A DNA stretch of 64,000 nt from Scyliorhinus canicula (Eukaryota), in assembly GCF_902713615.1 (NCBI RefSeq), contig NC_052154.1, positions 91,705,030 through 91,769,029 of the forward strand, in the 5' to 3' direction. Under the pieces are notes generated by a model that made no database searches, was not told the origin of the DNA, and worked only from the letters and a program-made list of their open reading frames with translations. Every line of letters starts with the position of its first letter. The stretch's first letter is position 1. The position numbers and the translations under genes are program-made. This document shows, piece after piece, positions 36,452 to 49,431 of this stretch.

Positions 36452-37454
36452 CTAAACGAGACAGAAAAAGTGCAATAGTAACATTTTAATGAGATTATGA
36501 TACTAAAACAATTAAGCAACAAAGGTAAACAGGCCGCACCGACATAGTAAAGGAGGGACGAAGGCGCCTTCCAGTTTCTTTCTCCGCGAAGCTCAAGAGT
36601 GCCAGTATTAAACAATGAAAGTCCATCACAGATTAAAACACATACCATCCATTTGTGATAAAATCCGTTGGTTATTCAGATTTTAAGTCATATTTTACTC
36701 GATGATTGTACAACTTTGTCCATAATGCGCAATAATGGGTTCGCCTACCTCTTATGGTTCCCCAAAGCTTCCAAATAGACCAAAAATAACTTGTGCGAAT
36801 TACAGAAAAGTAGCTATTGGAACATTCATTGTTGGAAAATTGCTCTCAGAATTCAAGAAACGAGTTTCAAATAATGAATTGACCATTAGATACATCATGT
36901 TAGATCCCATCTGCAAGATGACTAAATGATGGTATCTGAAATTATTGCTGAAACAGAAAGGCATGCACGTTTTGTGTGCAAATAACTCATGGTGGCAGGT
37001 CAATTGATGTGTTAGAAAATGGCGATTCCTTACTTTAATATTGAAGGAGTTGATTTTAAAATAAATGAAGTTATCTTCAACATTTATAAAGTACTCATTC
37101 GTTCTCACTTGAAGTAACGTTGCAAAATCTGAGAACTGCATTTCAGGAAAGTATCAAAGCATTTGAAGGCGTGTGGAAGATATTCAATAGAATATTGGTT
37201 TAATCATGTGCGGAGACAAGAGAAACTCGGGCCGCTACTCACTTTTGTTGAGAAGTTTCGATTATTTATAATTCGTATATAATCCAGAGCAGTTTGATGG
37301 GGTAAATGAGAAGCAACATTCCTATATGCTTAACAAGTAATACAAATTTATGCTGATTTTTACAGAATTAGAGGTGATGTGTGGGTAGGTACTTCACACA
37401 GCGTTTTGATGTGATCTGGAATGCTTCACCGAAAAGCAATATAGAAGCTAACTC

Positions 37455-39368
37455 CAAAGTAAGATAGAGTATGAGAGTAAACTTGCTCAGAATATAAAAA
37501 CAGACAGTAAAAGTTTTTACAAATATATAAAACAAAAAAGAGTGGCTAAGGTAAATATTGGTCCTTTAGAGGATGAGAAGGGAGTTTTAATAATGGGAAA
37601 TGAGGAAATAGCTGAGGAACTGAACAGGTTTTTTGGGTCGGTCTTCACAGTGGAAGACACAAATAACATGCCAGCGACTGATAGAAATGAGGCTATGACA
37701 GGTGACGACCTTGAGAGGATTGTTATCACTAAGGAGGGAGTGATGGGCAAGCTAATGGGGCTAAAGGTAGACAAGTCTCCTGGCCCTGATGGAATGCATC
37801 CCAGAGTGCTAAAAAAGATGGCTAGGGAAATTGCAGATGCACTAGTGATAATTTACCGAAATTCACTAGACTCTGGGGTGGTCCCGTTGAATTGGAAATT
37901 AGCAAACGTGACGCCACTGTTTAAAAAAGGAGGTAGGCAGAAAGCAGGAAATTATAGGCCAGTGAGTTTAACTTCGGTAATAGGGAAGATGCTGGAATCT
38001 ATCATCAAGGAAGAAATTGCGAGGCATCTGGATAGAAATTGTCCCATTGGGCAGACGCAGCATGGGTTCGTAAAAGGCAGGTCGTGCCTAACTAATTTAG
38101 TGGAATTTTTTGAGGACATTACCAGTGCAGTAGATAACGGGGAGCCGATGGATGTGGTATATCTGGATTTCCAGAAAGCCTTTGACAAGGTGCCACACAA
38201 AAGGTTGCTGCATAAGATAAAGATGCATGGCATTAAGGGTAAAGTAGTAGCATGGATAGAGGATTGGTTAATTAATAGAAAGCAAAGAGTTGGGATAAAT
38301 GGGTGTTTCTCTGGTTGGCAATCAGTAGCTAGTGGTGTCCCTCAGGGATCCGTGTTGGGCCCACAATTGTTCACAATTTACATTGGTGATTTGGAGTTGG
38401 GGACCAAGGGCAATGTGTCCAAGTTTGCAGATGACACTAAGATGAGTGGTAAAGCGAAAAGTGCAGAGGATACTGGAAGTCTGCAGAGGGATTTGGATAG
38501 GTTAAGTGAATGGGCTCGGGTCTGGCAGATGGAATACAATGTTGACAAATGTGAGGTTATCCATTTTGGTAGGAATAACAGCAAACGGGATTATTCTTTA
38601 AATGATAAAATATTAAAGCATGCCGCTGTTCAGAGAGACTTAGGTGTGCTAGTGCATGAGTCACAGAAGGTTGGTTTACAAGTGCAACAGGTGATTAAGA
38701 AGGCAAATGGAATTTTGTCCTTCATTGCTAGAGGGATGGAGTTTAAGACTAGGGAGGTTATGTTGCAATTGTATAAGGTGTTAGTGCGGCCACACCTGGA
38801 GTATTGTGTTCAGTTTTGGTCTCCTTACTTGAGAAAGGACGTACTGGCGCTGGAGGGTGTGCAGAGGAGATTCACTAGGTTAATCCCAGAGCTGAAGGGG
38901 TTGGATTATGAGGAGAGGTTGAGTAGACTGGGACTGTACTCGTTGGAATTTAGAAGGATGAGGGGGGATCTTATAGAAACATTTAAAATTATGAAGGGAA
39001 TAGATAGGATCGATGCGGGCAGGTTGTTTCCACTGGAGGGTGACAGAAGAACTAGGGGGCATAGCCTCAAAATAAGGGGAAGTAGATTTAGAACTGAGTT
39101 TAGGAGGAACTTCTTCACCCAAAGGGTTGTGTATCTATGGAATTCCTTGCCCAGTGAAGCAGTTGAGGCTCCTTCATTACATGTTTTTAAGGTAAAGATA
39201 GATAGTTTTTTGAAGAATAAAGGGATTAAGGGTTATGGTGTTCGGGCTGGAAAGTGGAGCTGAGTCCACAAAAGATCAGCCATGATCTAATTGAATGGCG
39301 GAGCAGGCTCGAGGGGCCAGATGGCCTACTCCTGCTCCTAGTTCTTATGTTCTTATGTTCTTATGTTC
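37455..39368 (+). mobile_element. Young 5'-truncated CR1 (second subfamily) with open 573-codon RT frame
   Basis: ORF 37542-39263 has [23 protein letters not shown] and KFADDTK and runs to its natural stop; (ttcttatg)n tail. Confidence 0.95.
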
Positions 39369-39689
39369 TAAATGGCCTCCTTCTGTGCCGCATGATCACG
39401 ATGATATCGAACTCACTCAGCTGTTCTATGCATACGGTGCACCGAGGGAGCAGGGATAATATCGAGGGCCTGACCAAAAGCTAAGGCCGACAAAGGCAGA
39501 GGAGGATCAGCGAGTGGAGTGGAGACGGAGTACCGAAGACCCGACCCAGGCGAGACTGGGAAGCAGGGAGCCTACAAAAGGCCCCGAAGGAACAGCGAGA
39601 GGTGCTGTTGAGATCAGGGAGCAGAGCAAGCATCGAGGAGTCGAGCCGGTCGAGACCAGGCAAGGCGAGGAGCGGGATCGCCCGGTGTT

Positions 39690-42600
39690 GACCAATGACT
39701 TACTGTGCCCATGTCGAAAACCACGTGATCGACAGGCAGCCAGATGACTGGTGGAAGACGCGTGTTAGTTACTCTCCGTCTGCCAGCCCTCGGGGATTTC
39801 CCTGCCATGGGGCCAATACCTCGCTCCAGTTGGGCCGTGCGGTGGTTGGTGTGCAGTCACCAACCCATGTTAAAAGAATACATGCACAGGCATTTTCCAC
39901 ACCAATCACATCACGATCACCAAAATTAATTTCGGGACCTGGAAGGTCGGAAAGCTTATGGACGCCTCTTACAGCTATAGACCTAAATGTCGCATCGCTG
40001 TCATAGACTCGGTCCCCGGCACTCAACAGTGGCAGCCCGCCCTGAGTCAGACACGACTGGCTGGAGAACCCCAGTTTAAAGAACCGGTTCGCGGATGCAC
40101 CTTCTCCCGACGGCAAATCTGAAACCTGTCTCAAGAGGGTCAGCTTGGCCGTATAAACTAAATTGGTTGGCCGAACAACGAATCGTCCTGTTGGTTAAGT
40201 GACCACCTGATGCCCCGACGGCTCACCCTCGCTCAAAGCAACACATCAGAGCCATCAGCGACCCTAAACGCAACGGACGGGACGAAGAGGCAATCTACTT
40301 CAGCCGCGACCAAACGCTGTCGCGCATCCCAAAGGGAGACAAGTTGATTCTCATCGCCAACTTCAATGCTAGAGTCAGGAGGGGTGGAAACATTTGGAAA
40401 GGCACGTTAGGCAGGGAAGGGTGTGTGGGGGGTGGGGATGGTGGTGGTGGTGGTAGAGGAATCAGTATTCCTCCTAGAACATGACATTGTCATAACAAAC
40501 ACCTTAGGGCAGCACGGTGGCGCAGTCTCACGCGCTGAGGTCCCAGGTTCGATCCTGGCTCTGGGTCACTGTCCGTGTGGAGTTTGAACATTCTTCCGTG
40601 TTTGCGTGGGTTTCGCCCCCACAACCCAAAGATGTGCAGGATACGTGGATTGGCCACACTAAATTGCCCCTTAATTGGAAAAATGAATTGGGTACTCTAA
40701 ATTTATATTAAAAAGAAATAAGAAACACCTTTTTCGCTAGAGTGACAAGCACTGGGCAACTGCCAAGCACTTAAACCTAACGTCACCATCGTCTGAGCAG
40801 GAGACCTTACATAGAAGTTACAGTGCAGAAGAAGGCCATTTGGCCCATCGAGTCTTGGAAAGAGCACCCTACCCAAGCCCATACCTCCACCCTATCCCCA
40901 TAGCCCAGTAACTCCACCCAACACTAAGGGCAAAAGACCCCGAATATGTCCGCATCAATTGTGCTATAGCAGGAGCCGGTGACTGCTGGACTGACCGTCG
41001 ATTAATTCCCTCTACCATCTCCATCAACCTGGCCCCAAACTAGCAGAGGCTGCAAAAACGCAGGAGACTCAATATTGCTGGTCTGGAAGACCCTGAGATG
41101 AAGGATCTACTCACCCAGCCACCCATAGCCAACCGTGACAACCAGCGAAGCAGAGCTACAGACTTACCACAGCACCTAGTCCTCCCTAAAACACACTATA
41201 GTCAGCAAATGCGACAAAACTTTCAGTCTGGCGACCAGGAAACACCAAGACTAGTTTCTCAAGAATTCTCACAGCACGAGGATCCCAGGTTCGATTCCCG
41301 CTTGGGTCACTGTTTGAGTCTGCATGTCCTCCTCGTGTCTGCGTGGGTTTCCTCCGAGTGCTCCGGTTTCCTCCCACAAATCCCGAAAGACGTGCTTGTT
41401 AGTGAATTTGGACATTCTGAAATTGTACCCCAACAGGCGCCGGAGTGTGTTGACTGGGGGATTTTCACAGTAACTTCATTGCAGTGTTAATGTAAGACTG
41501 CTTGCAACAATAAGGACGTTTTCTTTTCAAGATTGCAAACGCAAGGTTCTCATCGACTGGCAATGGTAAGAAGTCTCACAACACCAGGTTAATGTCCAAC
41601 AGGTGTATTTCCAATATCTAGCTTTTGGAGCGCAGCTCCTTCCTCAGGTGAATCTGCGGAAGGAGCAGTGTCCCGAAAGCTAGTGTTTCGAAACATACCT
41701 TTTGGACTTTAACATGGTGTTGCGAGACTTATTACTGTGCTCACCCCAGTCCATCTCCGGCATCTCCACACCATGAACTGGCAAAACCACAAAACCGCGA
41801 GCAAGAAGAAACAATCCTAACGGGTAACTGAAGAACGAGGCTCATCAAAGGACATGTTACCTTTAGAACAGATGATGGATGGTAGAGCACAGGGAACCTC
41901 GATAGCCATGACGTGCGCAGCTCTGCTGCACAATTAAAGGTACCGATCGTTCGAGTACCCAGGGACCTACACCACTCAAGAGCCAAAAACGGAGTGATGC
42001 TCATCAAAGGCACAGAGGCAGTCAATGCCCGCTGGAGAGAGGGCAGCAGGGTAGCATGGTGGTTAGCATAAATGCTTCACAGCTCCAGGGTCCCAGGTTC
42101 GATTCCCGGCTGGGTCACTGTCTGTGTGGCATCTGCACGTCCTCCCCCTGTGTGCGTGGGTTTCCTCCGGGTGCTCTGGTTTCCTCCCACAGTCCAAAGA
42201 TGTGCGGGTTAGGTGGATTGGCCATGCTAAAATTGCCCGTAGTGTCCTAATGAAAGTAAGGTTAAGGGGAGTGTTGTTGGGTTATGGGTATAGGGTGGAT
42301 ACGTGGGTTTGAGTAGGGTGATCATGGCTCGGCACAACATTGAGGGCCGAAGGGCCTGTTCTGTGCTGTACTGTTCTATGTTCTATCGTGGACCTCCTCA
42401 ACCAAGCCGCAGGCCTCGATGCATGTGCCCTCAATGCCATCCTGCAACTGAGTTCCCACCAACATCTCAGCATGTTTCAAGCCTGCCGTGAGGTCGAGAA
42501 AAAAACACCTGACAGCTGAAAAACAACAAGGCATGAAGTGAAGCTGGAACCCCTGTTAAAGTGCTACACGGCGGCGGAGAGGCACTGTTGACATTGTTCT

Positions 42601-43250
42601 CAATGGAAAGGTGGCACGACCTCACCAATCTTGGCTGGAAGGAAGAGAGCATGCTGGGAGATATCAGAAATTCCGTAATAGTGATCATCTGCAAGAAAAG
42701 AGACAGGTCCGACTGCGGAAATTACACATCGCGAGAATCCTTTTCAACTGCTTCCTCTCAGTGGTTGAAGAGTTCATGCCTGAGTCCCAAATTGACTTCT
42801 GGCTACCAACGATGGATACAATCTTCAGCACGCGACAAATCCAGGCAAAGTTTAGGCAGTAGCACCCCCCCCCCCCCTTGTACATGCCATTATTCAATCT
42901 CGCAAAGACCTTTACTGTCAGCCATAAGGAATTGTAAAAAATCATCCTCAAACTATGCACCTTCATGAACAGGTATTCCAAATTGACATACACTGGCAGG
43001 TAACATCAGTGTGCATCGTGACACCTTTTCATTGAAAACTACCGGCGCATCTCCGGTTGCCACCATTTCTCTGCTCCTTTTACCCACTGTACTCCTGAGC
43101 GTCTTGCGTTCTGTTCTCTTAGGTTCATACCTTGGTGTCAAAAGTGCCGACAAGGGTGATGCAACTGTTGCTCTGTTTATGATCTTCACCACGCAGTGCC
43201 TGGATGCCAACTGTCAGACACTTCCTCCTTCCTCCCCTGGGCAATGAACG
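39690..43250 (+). mobile_element. Degenerate RTE-clade LINE interrupted by SINEs (about 40508-40710, 41265-41520, 42040-42385) and a Penelope-derived element
   Basis: Endonuclease remnants FGTW.V.. (about 39930) and DKLILIANFNARV (about 40337); RT-region remnants IVIICKKRDRSDCGNY and MPESQIDF. Confidence 0.7.
41568..41770. mobile_element. Palindromic Penelope-derived element with two inverted degenerate hammerhead-like motifs
   Basis: Same family as 17158-17307; both arms retain aggagc..gc.cc.aaagctag. Confidence 0.6.
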
Positions 43251-43439
43251 CGCCACCGGACATCAAACCATTGTTTCCCTGATTGATCTCATCGCCTCTG
43301 GAGATTTTCCCTCCACAGCTTCCAAATGCATAATTCTCCGCCCCCAAACCCACGCAATCCGCTTCGCAAAATCCACCAACATGACTGCCTATGTCGGCAC
43401 ATAGCATCAGCCTGATTCTCACCTAACCAGACCCTATTC

Positions 43440-44780
43440 TCACCCCCATTTTCTAATCCCTTGTCATCTACATTTGTTCTTCCTCCGACAGCCTACCTCA
43501 TATCATCATTTTCTAGTTTCTGACACTAACCACTTCCTCTTTACGATGGATATCTAATTACTCTATACATCTATTCTCCAAGAGAAGGGTCTGAAACCGG
43601 TCTACTTCTTCCTCGAGCAGCGGCCCGAACGATTCCCAGGCGCCATTACTCTCCTCCGCTGAGCTGAACCTATTCGCTCATTCAACCATTTCTCACTCAA
43701 CTGACCTCATTTCCTGTACACAAACTGTGTCACTATGGCCACCTACATGGACGCCAGCCAGACCCATATTTTGGTGGGGTATGTTGAAATGCCATTGTTT
43801 CATTCTTACTCAGGCCCTCTCTCACAACTCTTTCACCGTTGCATCGATGTCTATGCTGCCGTCGCTTCATGTTTCTGTCTGGATCTGGAAGCCTTCCTCA
43901 ATTTCACTGCCACTTTCCACCCCTCCAGCACTTTCACTTGGACTACCTCCAGCACTTCGCATCCGATACCACTCTGTCTCAATTTCTGCTCATAGACTGA
44001 CCACCACTATTTATTACAAACCCACTAACACCCAAACATACCCCGACTATAGCTCCTCGCATCCCACTCCCTGTAAGGACTCTATCTTATTGTCCCGGTT
44101 TCTTCACCTGCACCATGACAATAAATCAATCAATCAAACTCATCTGTTCCCATGATGCCACCTTCGAAAACAGAGCTTCTTACATGTTTACGTTTTTCCT
44201 TAGCCGAGGTTTCTCCCCACTGTGGTTGATAGGACTCTCAACCATGCTTGAACCTTCACCCACACCGCTGCCGTTAACCTTTCACCGTCCTTTCAGAACC
44301 ATGATAATTTTCCCCTTGTCCTCTCTTCACCCTTCCAACCGACGCATAAAAGCTCATCCACAACAATATCCGCCTTCTCCAGCATGCTGCCACCACCAAA
44401 CACATCTTTCCCTGAATTCCTCGTCAGCATTCCGTAGGGACAACTCCCTCCTTGACACCCTGGTCCATTCCTCCAACCCAATGTTGTTGGGTTACGGGTA
44501 TAGGGTGGATACGTGGGTTTGAGTAGGGTGATCATTGTTCGGCACAACATTGAGGGCCGAAGGGCCTGTTCTGTGCTGTACTGTTCTATCTATCTAAAAC
44601 CACACCTTTCGATTGGGCAGGTTACAGCCTTCAGTGAGTTCAACAACTTTTGAGTGTGAAAGTTCCCTCCATATTAACCCGTGATTCGCCCGAATACCAT
44701 CCCACCACTCCCTCCCACGACCATCTATCCCTTGGTTTCAGTTTTGCTCCCAGTGAGATGTGTCTGGCTGACGCCTATGC
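43440..44780 (+). mobile_element. Penelope-like element RT fragment (with SINE tail inserted at about 44484-44595)
   Basis: Degenerate GVAMG..MGPSYA.LFVGYVE (VTMATYMDAS.THILVGYVE), RYIDD-like RCIDV, and IYYKPT.T.YPDYSSSHP..CKDSI..SRF. Confidence 0.75.
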
Positions 44781-44939
44781 AGGTGGCCGTAGCCACACGG
44801 TTTATGTACTGGAAGTGAGGTAGTAGCAAAGTGCTAGTAGTGGCAGGAAGGCAAAATCGGAGAATATGCTAGCAGGAGAAATTAGGCAAAATAATCAGAC
44901 GTAGATGGTCATGTCATATTCGAAACATATACAAATCAG

Positions 44940-46990
44940 CAAAGTTCTAGCATTATTTTTGAGGTTGGTATTATGGAGGCACAGCTGCAGGGCGACCAAA
45001 GCTGGCAACTGAATATTCAATGGTACTAATTTTTTAAATCAAGGACAGGTAAAAGTGAAGAGGAGGGGGGTGGCTTTGTTAGTTAAGGATGAGATCATTG
45101 GAGGAGTGAGAGAGGATATCGACTCAGAAAATCCTGATATGGATCAACCTAGGTGGAGTTCAGAAGTAAAACGGAATGGCTAAGGTAAATATTATCCTTT
45201 AGAGGATGAGAAGGGAGTTTTAATAATGGGAGATGAAGAAATGGCTGAGGAATTGAACAGGTTTTTTGGGTCAGTCTTCACAGTGGAAGACACAAATAAC
45301 ATGACAGGGGCTGATAGAAATGAAGTTATGACAGGTGAGGACCTGGAGAGGTTTGTTATCACTAAAGAGGTAGTGATGGGCAAGCTAATGGGTCTAAAAG
45401 TGGACAAGTCTCGTGGCTCTGATGAAATGCATCCCAGAGTGCTAAAAGAGATGGCTAGGGAAATTACAAATGCACTGGTGATAACTTACCAAAATTCAAT
45501 GGACTCTGGGGTGGTCCCGGTGGATTGGAAATTAGCAAACTTGACATCACTGTTTAAAAAAGGAGGTAGGCAGAGAGCGGGTAATTATAGGCCAGTGAGA
45601 ATAACTTCAGTAGTAGGGAAGATGCTGCAATCTATCATCAAGGAAGAAATAGCGGGTCATCTGGATAGAAATTGTCCCATTGGGCAGACGCAGCATGGGT
45701 TCATAAAGAGCAGGTCGTGCCTAACTAATTTAGTGGAACTTTTTGAGGACATTACCAGTGCAGTAGATAACGGAGAGCCAATGGATGTGGTATATCTGGA
45801 TTTCCAGAAAGCCTTTGACATGGTGCCACACAAAAGGTTGCTGCATCAGATAAAGATGCATGGCATTAAGGGTAAAATAGTAGCATGGATAGAGGATTGG
45901 TAATTAATAGAAAGCAAAGAGTGGGGATTAATGGGTGTTTCTCTGGTTGGCAATCAGTAGCTAGTGGTGTCCCTCAGAGATCCACGTTGGGCCCACAATT
46001 GTTCAAAATTTACATAGATGATTTGGAGTTGTGGACCAAGGGCAATGTGTCCAAGTTTACAGATGACACTAAGATGAATGGTAAAGCAAAAAGTGGAGAG
46101 GATACCGGAAGTCTGCAGAAGGATTTGGATAGGTTAAGTGAATGGGCTAGGGTCTGGCAGATGGAATACAATGTTGACAAATGTGAGGTTATCCATTCTG
46201 GTAGGAATAACAGCAAACGGGATTATTATCTAAATGATAAAATATTAAAGCACGCTGCTGTGCAGAGAGACCTGGGTGTGCTAGTGCATAAGTCACAGAA
46301 AGTTGGTTTACAGGTGCAACAGGTGATTAAGAAGGCAAATGGAATTTTGTCCTTCATTGCTAGAGGGATGGAGTTTAAGACTAGGGAGGTTATGCTGCAA
46401 TTGTATAAGGTGTTACTGAGGCCACACCTGGAGTATCATGTGCAGTTTTGGTCTCCTTACTTGAGAAAGGACGTACTGGCACTGGAGGGTGTGCAGAGGA
46501 GATTCACTAGGTTAATCCCAGATCTGAAGGGGTTGGATTACGAGGAGAGGTTGAGTAGACTGGGATTGTACTCATTGGAATTTAGAAGGATGAGGGGGGA
46601 TCTTATAGAAACATAAAATTATGAAGGGAATAAATAGGATAGATGTGGGCAGGTTGTTTGCACTGGCGGGTAAAAGCAGAACTAGGGGGCATAGCCTCAA
46701 AATAAGGGGAAGTAGATTTAGGACTGAGTTTAGGAGGAACTTCTTCACCCAAAGGGTTGTGAATCTGTGGAATTCCTTGCCCAGTGAAGCAGTTGAGGCT
46801 CCTTCATTAAATGTTTTTAAGGTAGAAGATAGATAATTTTTTGAAGAATAAAGGGATTAAAGTTTATGGTGTTCAGGCCGGAAAGTGGAGCTGAGTCCGC
46901 AAAAGATCAGCCATGATCTCATTGAATGGTGGAGCAGGCTCGAGGAGCCAGATGGCCTACTCCTGCTCCTAGATCTTATGTTCTTATGTT
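44940..46990 (+). mobile_element. CR1, same subfamily as 37455-39368, with stops/frameshifts and internal deletion
   Basis: ORFs 45226-45903 and 45885-46616 align to the 573-aa ORF; (tcttatgt) tail. Confidence 0.92.
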
Positions 46991-46999
46991 GTTATGAAA

Positions 47000-49065
47000 G
47001 TGGGAGTTGCCTATAGGCTTGCAAACAGCGGTGATATGGTAGATGGTAGGGGATGGCACTAAAAAATAAATTAGAGTTGTGTGTAACAAGGATTCTAGAA
47101 TAAGCATGGGAGACGTTAATTTACAAATAGATCGGAAAAACGAAATGAGCAATAGTACGGTGTTTGACAAGTTATTGGAGTGCATAAGGGAGGATTGTTT
47201 TAGATCAGTATGTCGGTGAACCAATTTGGAAACACGTTATGTGGATTTAGTATTGTGTAATGAGAATAAGTTAATTAAGAATCTTACTATGCAGGGTCCT
47301 TTTGGACGCAGTGAGCATAACATGAGAGAATTCTTCATTAGGAATGAAAGTGAAGAAGTCCGATCTGAAACTATGATCCTCACTGTAAACAAAGGCAATT
47401 ACCAAGCTATGCGGTGGCTGAGATAGATTGGGGACTTTCATTGAAATGTATCATGGTGAATAGGCAATGGGGCATGTTAAGGAATGAATGCATGCATTGA
47501 ACACGTTACACACTCCTTTCTGGCTCAGAATCAAAGCAAGAAAAGCGGCCCAAATGTGGGTAACAAAATAATTCGAAGGATAGTAATAGATCCAAAGAGG
47601 AGTCGTATGAAGTTTCTCGGAAATTCAATAAGCCTGATGATTGGAAACAGATCAGAATTAAGCAACGAATGAAAAAGAGATTAATTAAGGAGGGTGGAAA
47701 TAAGGAATGAGTAAACTTGCAATGAACATAAAAGCAGACTATATATGTTTCTATGGGCATGTAAACAACAAAAGATTAGTGAGTCCAAATGTAGGTCTCT
47801 TACAGTTTGAAAGGGGAGAATTGATGACAGAGAACATGGAAATTGCAGAAATAAATAAATAATATATTTTGTTTTTTCTTCATGGAGGAAGGCACAAATA
47901 ACTTCCAGGAAATGCAACGGACCAACTGTCTAATGAGAACGAGGAACTGAAGGGAATATGTATTAATAAAAGTAGCTGGAGAAATTAACAGGACGAGAAG
48001 GCGATAAATCCCCAGGGGCTGACATTCCAAGAGAGTTAAGGTGGTGGTGATGGAGTTGATGCATGCGTTTGTAGCATGTCGATTATGTAGCTGTCCCATC
48101 AGATTGGAGAGTGGCAAGCTGAATTCCCCAATTTAAAGATGGACGGAGAAAATAGGGAATTTGGCCACATAGTTTCACATCAGGAAGAGGGAAAATGCTA
48201 GAGTCTATTATAAAGGATGTGATAACAGCACTTAGAAATGATTAACGGGTTTAGAGAAACCCATCATGGATTTATGAAAGGTAAATCATGTTTCATAAAG
48301 TGACTAAAGTTGTTGAGGATGTATCTAGTAGAACAGTGAAACAGCGGATTTGAGATATTTGAATTTTACGAAAGTTTTTGATAACATGACAGGTCAGTGT
48401 GCAAGATCAAGCACACGAGAATGGGGGCAATATGTTAGCATGCGGTGTGGATTGGTCAACAGACAGCAAACATAGAGTAGGAATAATTGGGTATTTTTTC
48501 AAGTGGCAGGCGGTGACGATAGGTCTCCCGGAAGGGTCAATGTTTGAGCCCGAGCTATTCAGAATATACATCAATGATTGGACGAGGGAAATAATTCCAA
48601 GTTCCCTGACGACCCAAAAACTTTTGGGAAGGTCTGTGCTGAAAAGGATATGAAGATGCTTCAATGTGATTTAGACAAGTTGAGTGAGTGGGCAAATATG
48701 TGAAAGATGCAGTATAGCATGGATACCGGTGACGTTATTCACTTTGGTCAGATAACAAAATGGCAGATATTAATTTAAATCGTGATAGATTGGGAAATGT
48801 TGACATTCAAAGGGACCTGGGAATACTGGTACATCTGCCACTGAAAGAAACATGTTGATACAGCCACTCATTAGGAATGCAAATGGTATGTTGGTGTTCA
48901 AAGAACGAGGACTTGAGTACATGAGCAAGGATACCATCTTGCAGCTGTACAGGGCCTTGATGAGACCACGCCTGGAGTATTGTATGGAGTTTTGGTCTCC
49001 ACATCTAAGACAGATACACTAGTCTTTGATGGAGTGCAGCAAATGTTTATAAGACTAATGCCTGG
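47000..49065 (+). mobile_element. Old degenerate CR1, continues at 53472-54095 after the ERV insertion
   Basis: Decayed MGDFN-like (about 47105), HHGFMKGKSC (about 48262) and RPRLEYC.EFWSP motifs. Sequence agactaatgcctgg|...|ctgggatggcagggg rejoins across the ERV. Confidence 0.75.
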
Positions 49066-49431
49066 TGTGGAAGGGAAATTAGCATAAATTAGCATAACTG
49101 CTGAAATATTCTGGTTACAGCCTTATTATGAAAACACATTGTCCTCCGAAAGATAACAAAATGTGTACTCGAGTTGTTCTTAGCCAAGGGCAAGAACATA
49201 CGTCCTACGTATTTCAGCTTACGTACCTTCCAAGATCTATTTAATATAAAAATGGCTGTTTACTTCAAACTGTGATTTCAGACGATAAAACATGCTGTCT
49301 TCAATCGAATCTCAGAGTGCAGTACAATGGCTTTGCAGCTAGAACACTCTCTCTCTGCAAATATATTTGTGTAAATAAATTTCCTTCAATTGAACCTCGA
49401 GGAATTTGTCTTTATTATGATTTCCACGACA
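49066..49431 (+). repeat. ERV 5' LTR (366 bp)
   Basis: tgtggaagggaaatt...atttccacgaca; roughly 93% identical by eye to 53108-53471; contains tataaa and aataaa. Confidence 0.9.

Larger units (their letters stand above)
20750..37059. repeat. Segmental duplication, proximal copy
   Basis: Partner of 4390-18096; carries module A exons and several extra TE insertions. Confidence 0.95.

Noticed and set aside
37542-39263. 573-aa ORF as a host gene
   Set aside because: It is CR1 ORF2 (RT), 5'-truncated, with a retrotransposon tail. The same applies to 31960-33966 and 45226-46616.
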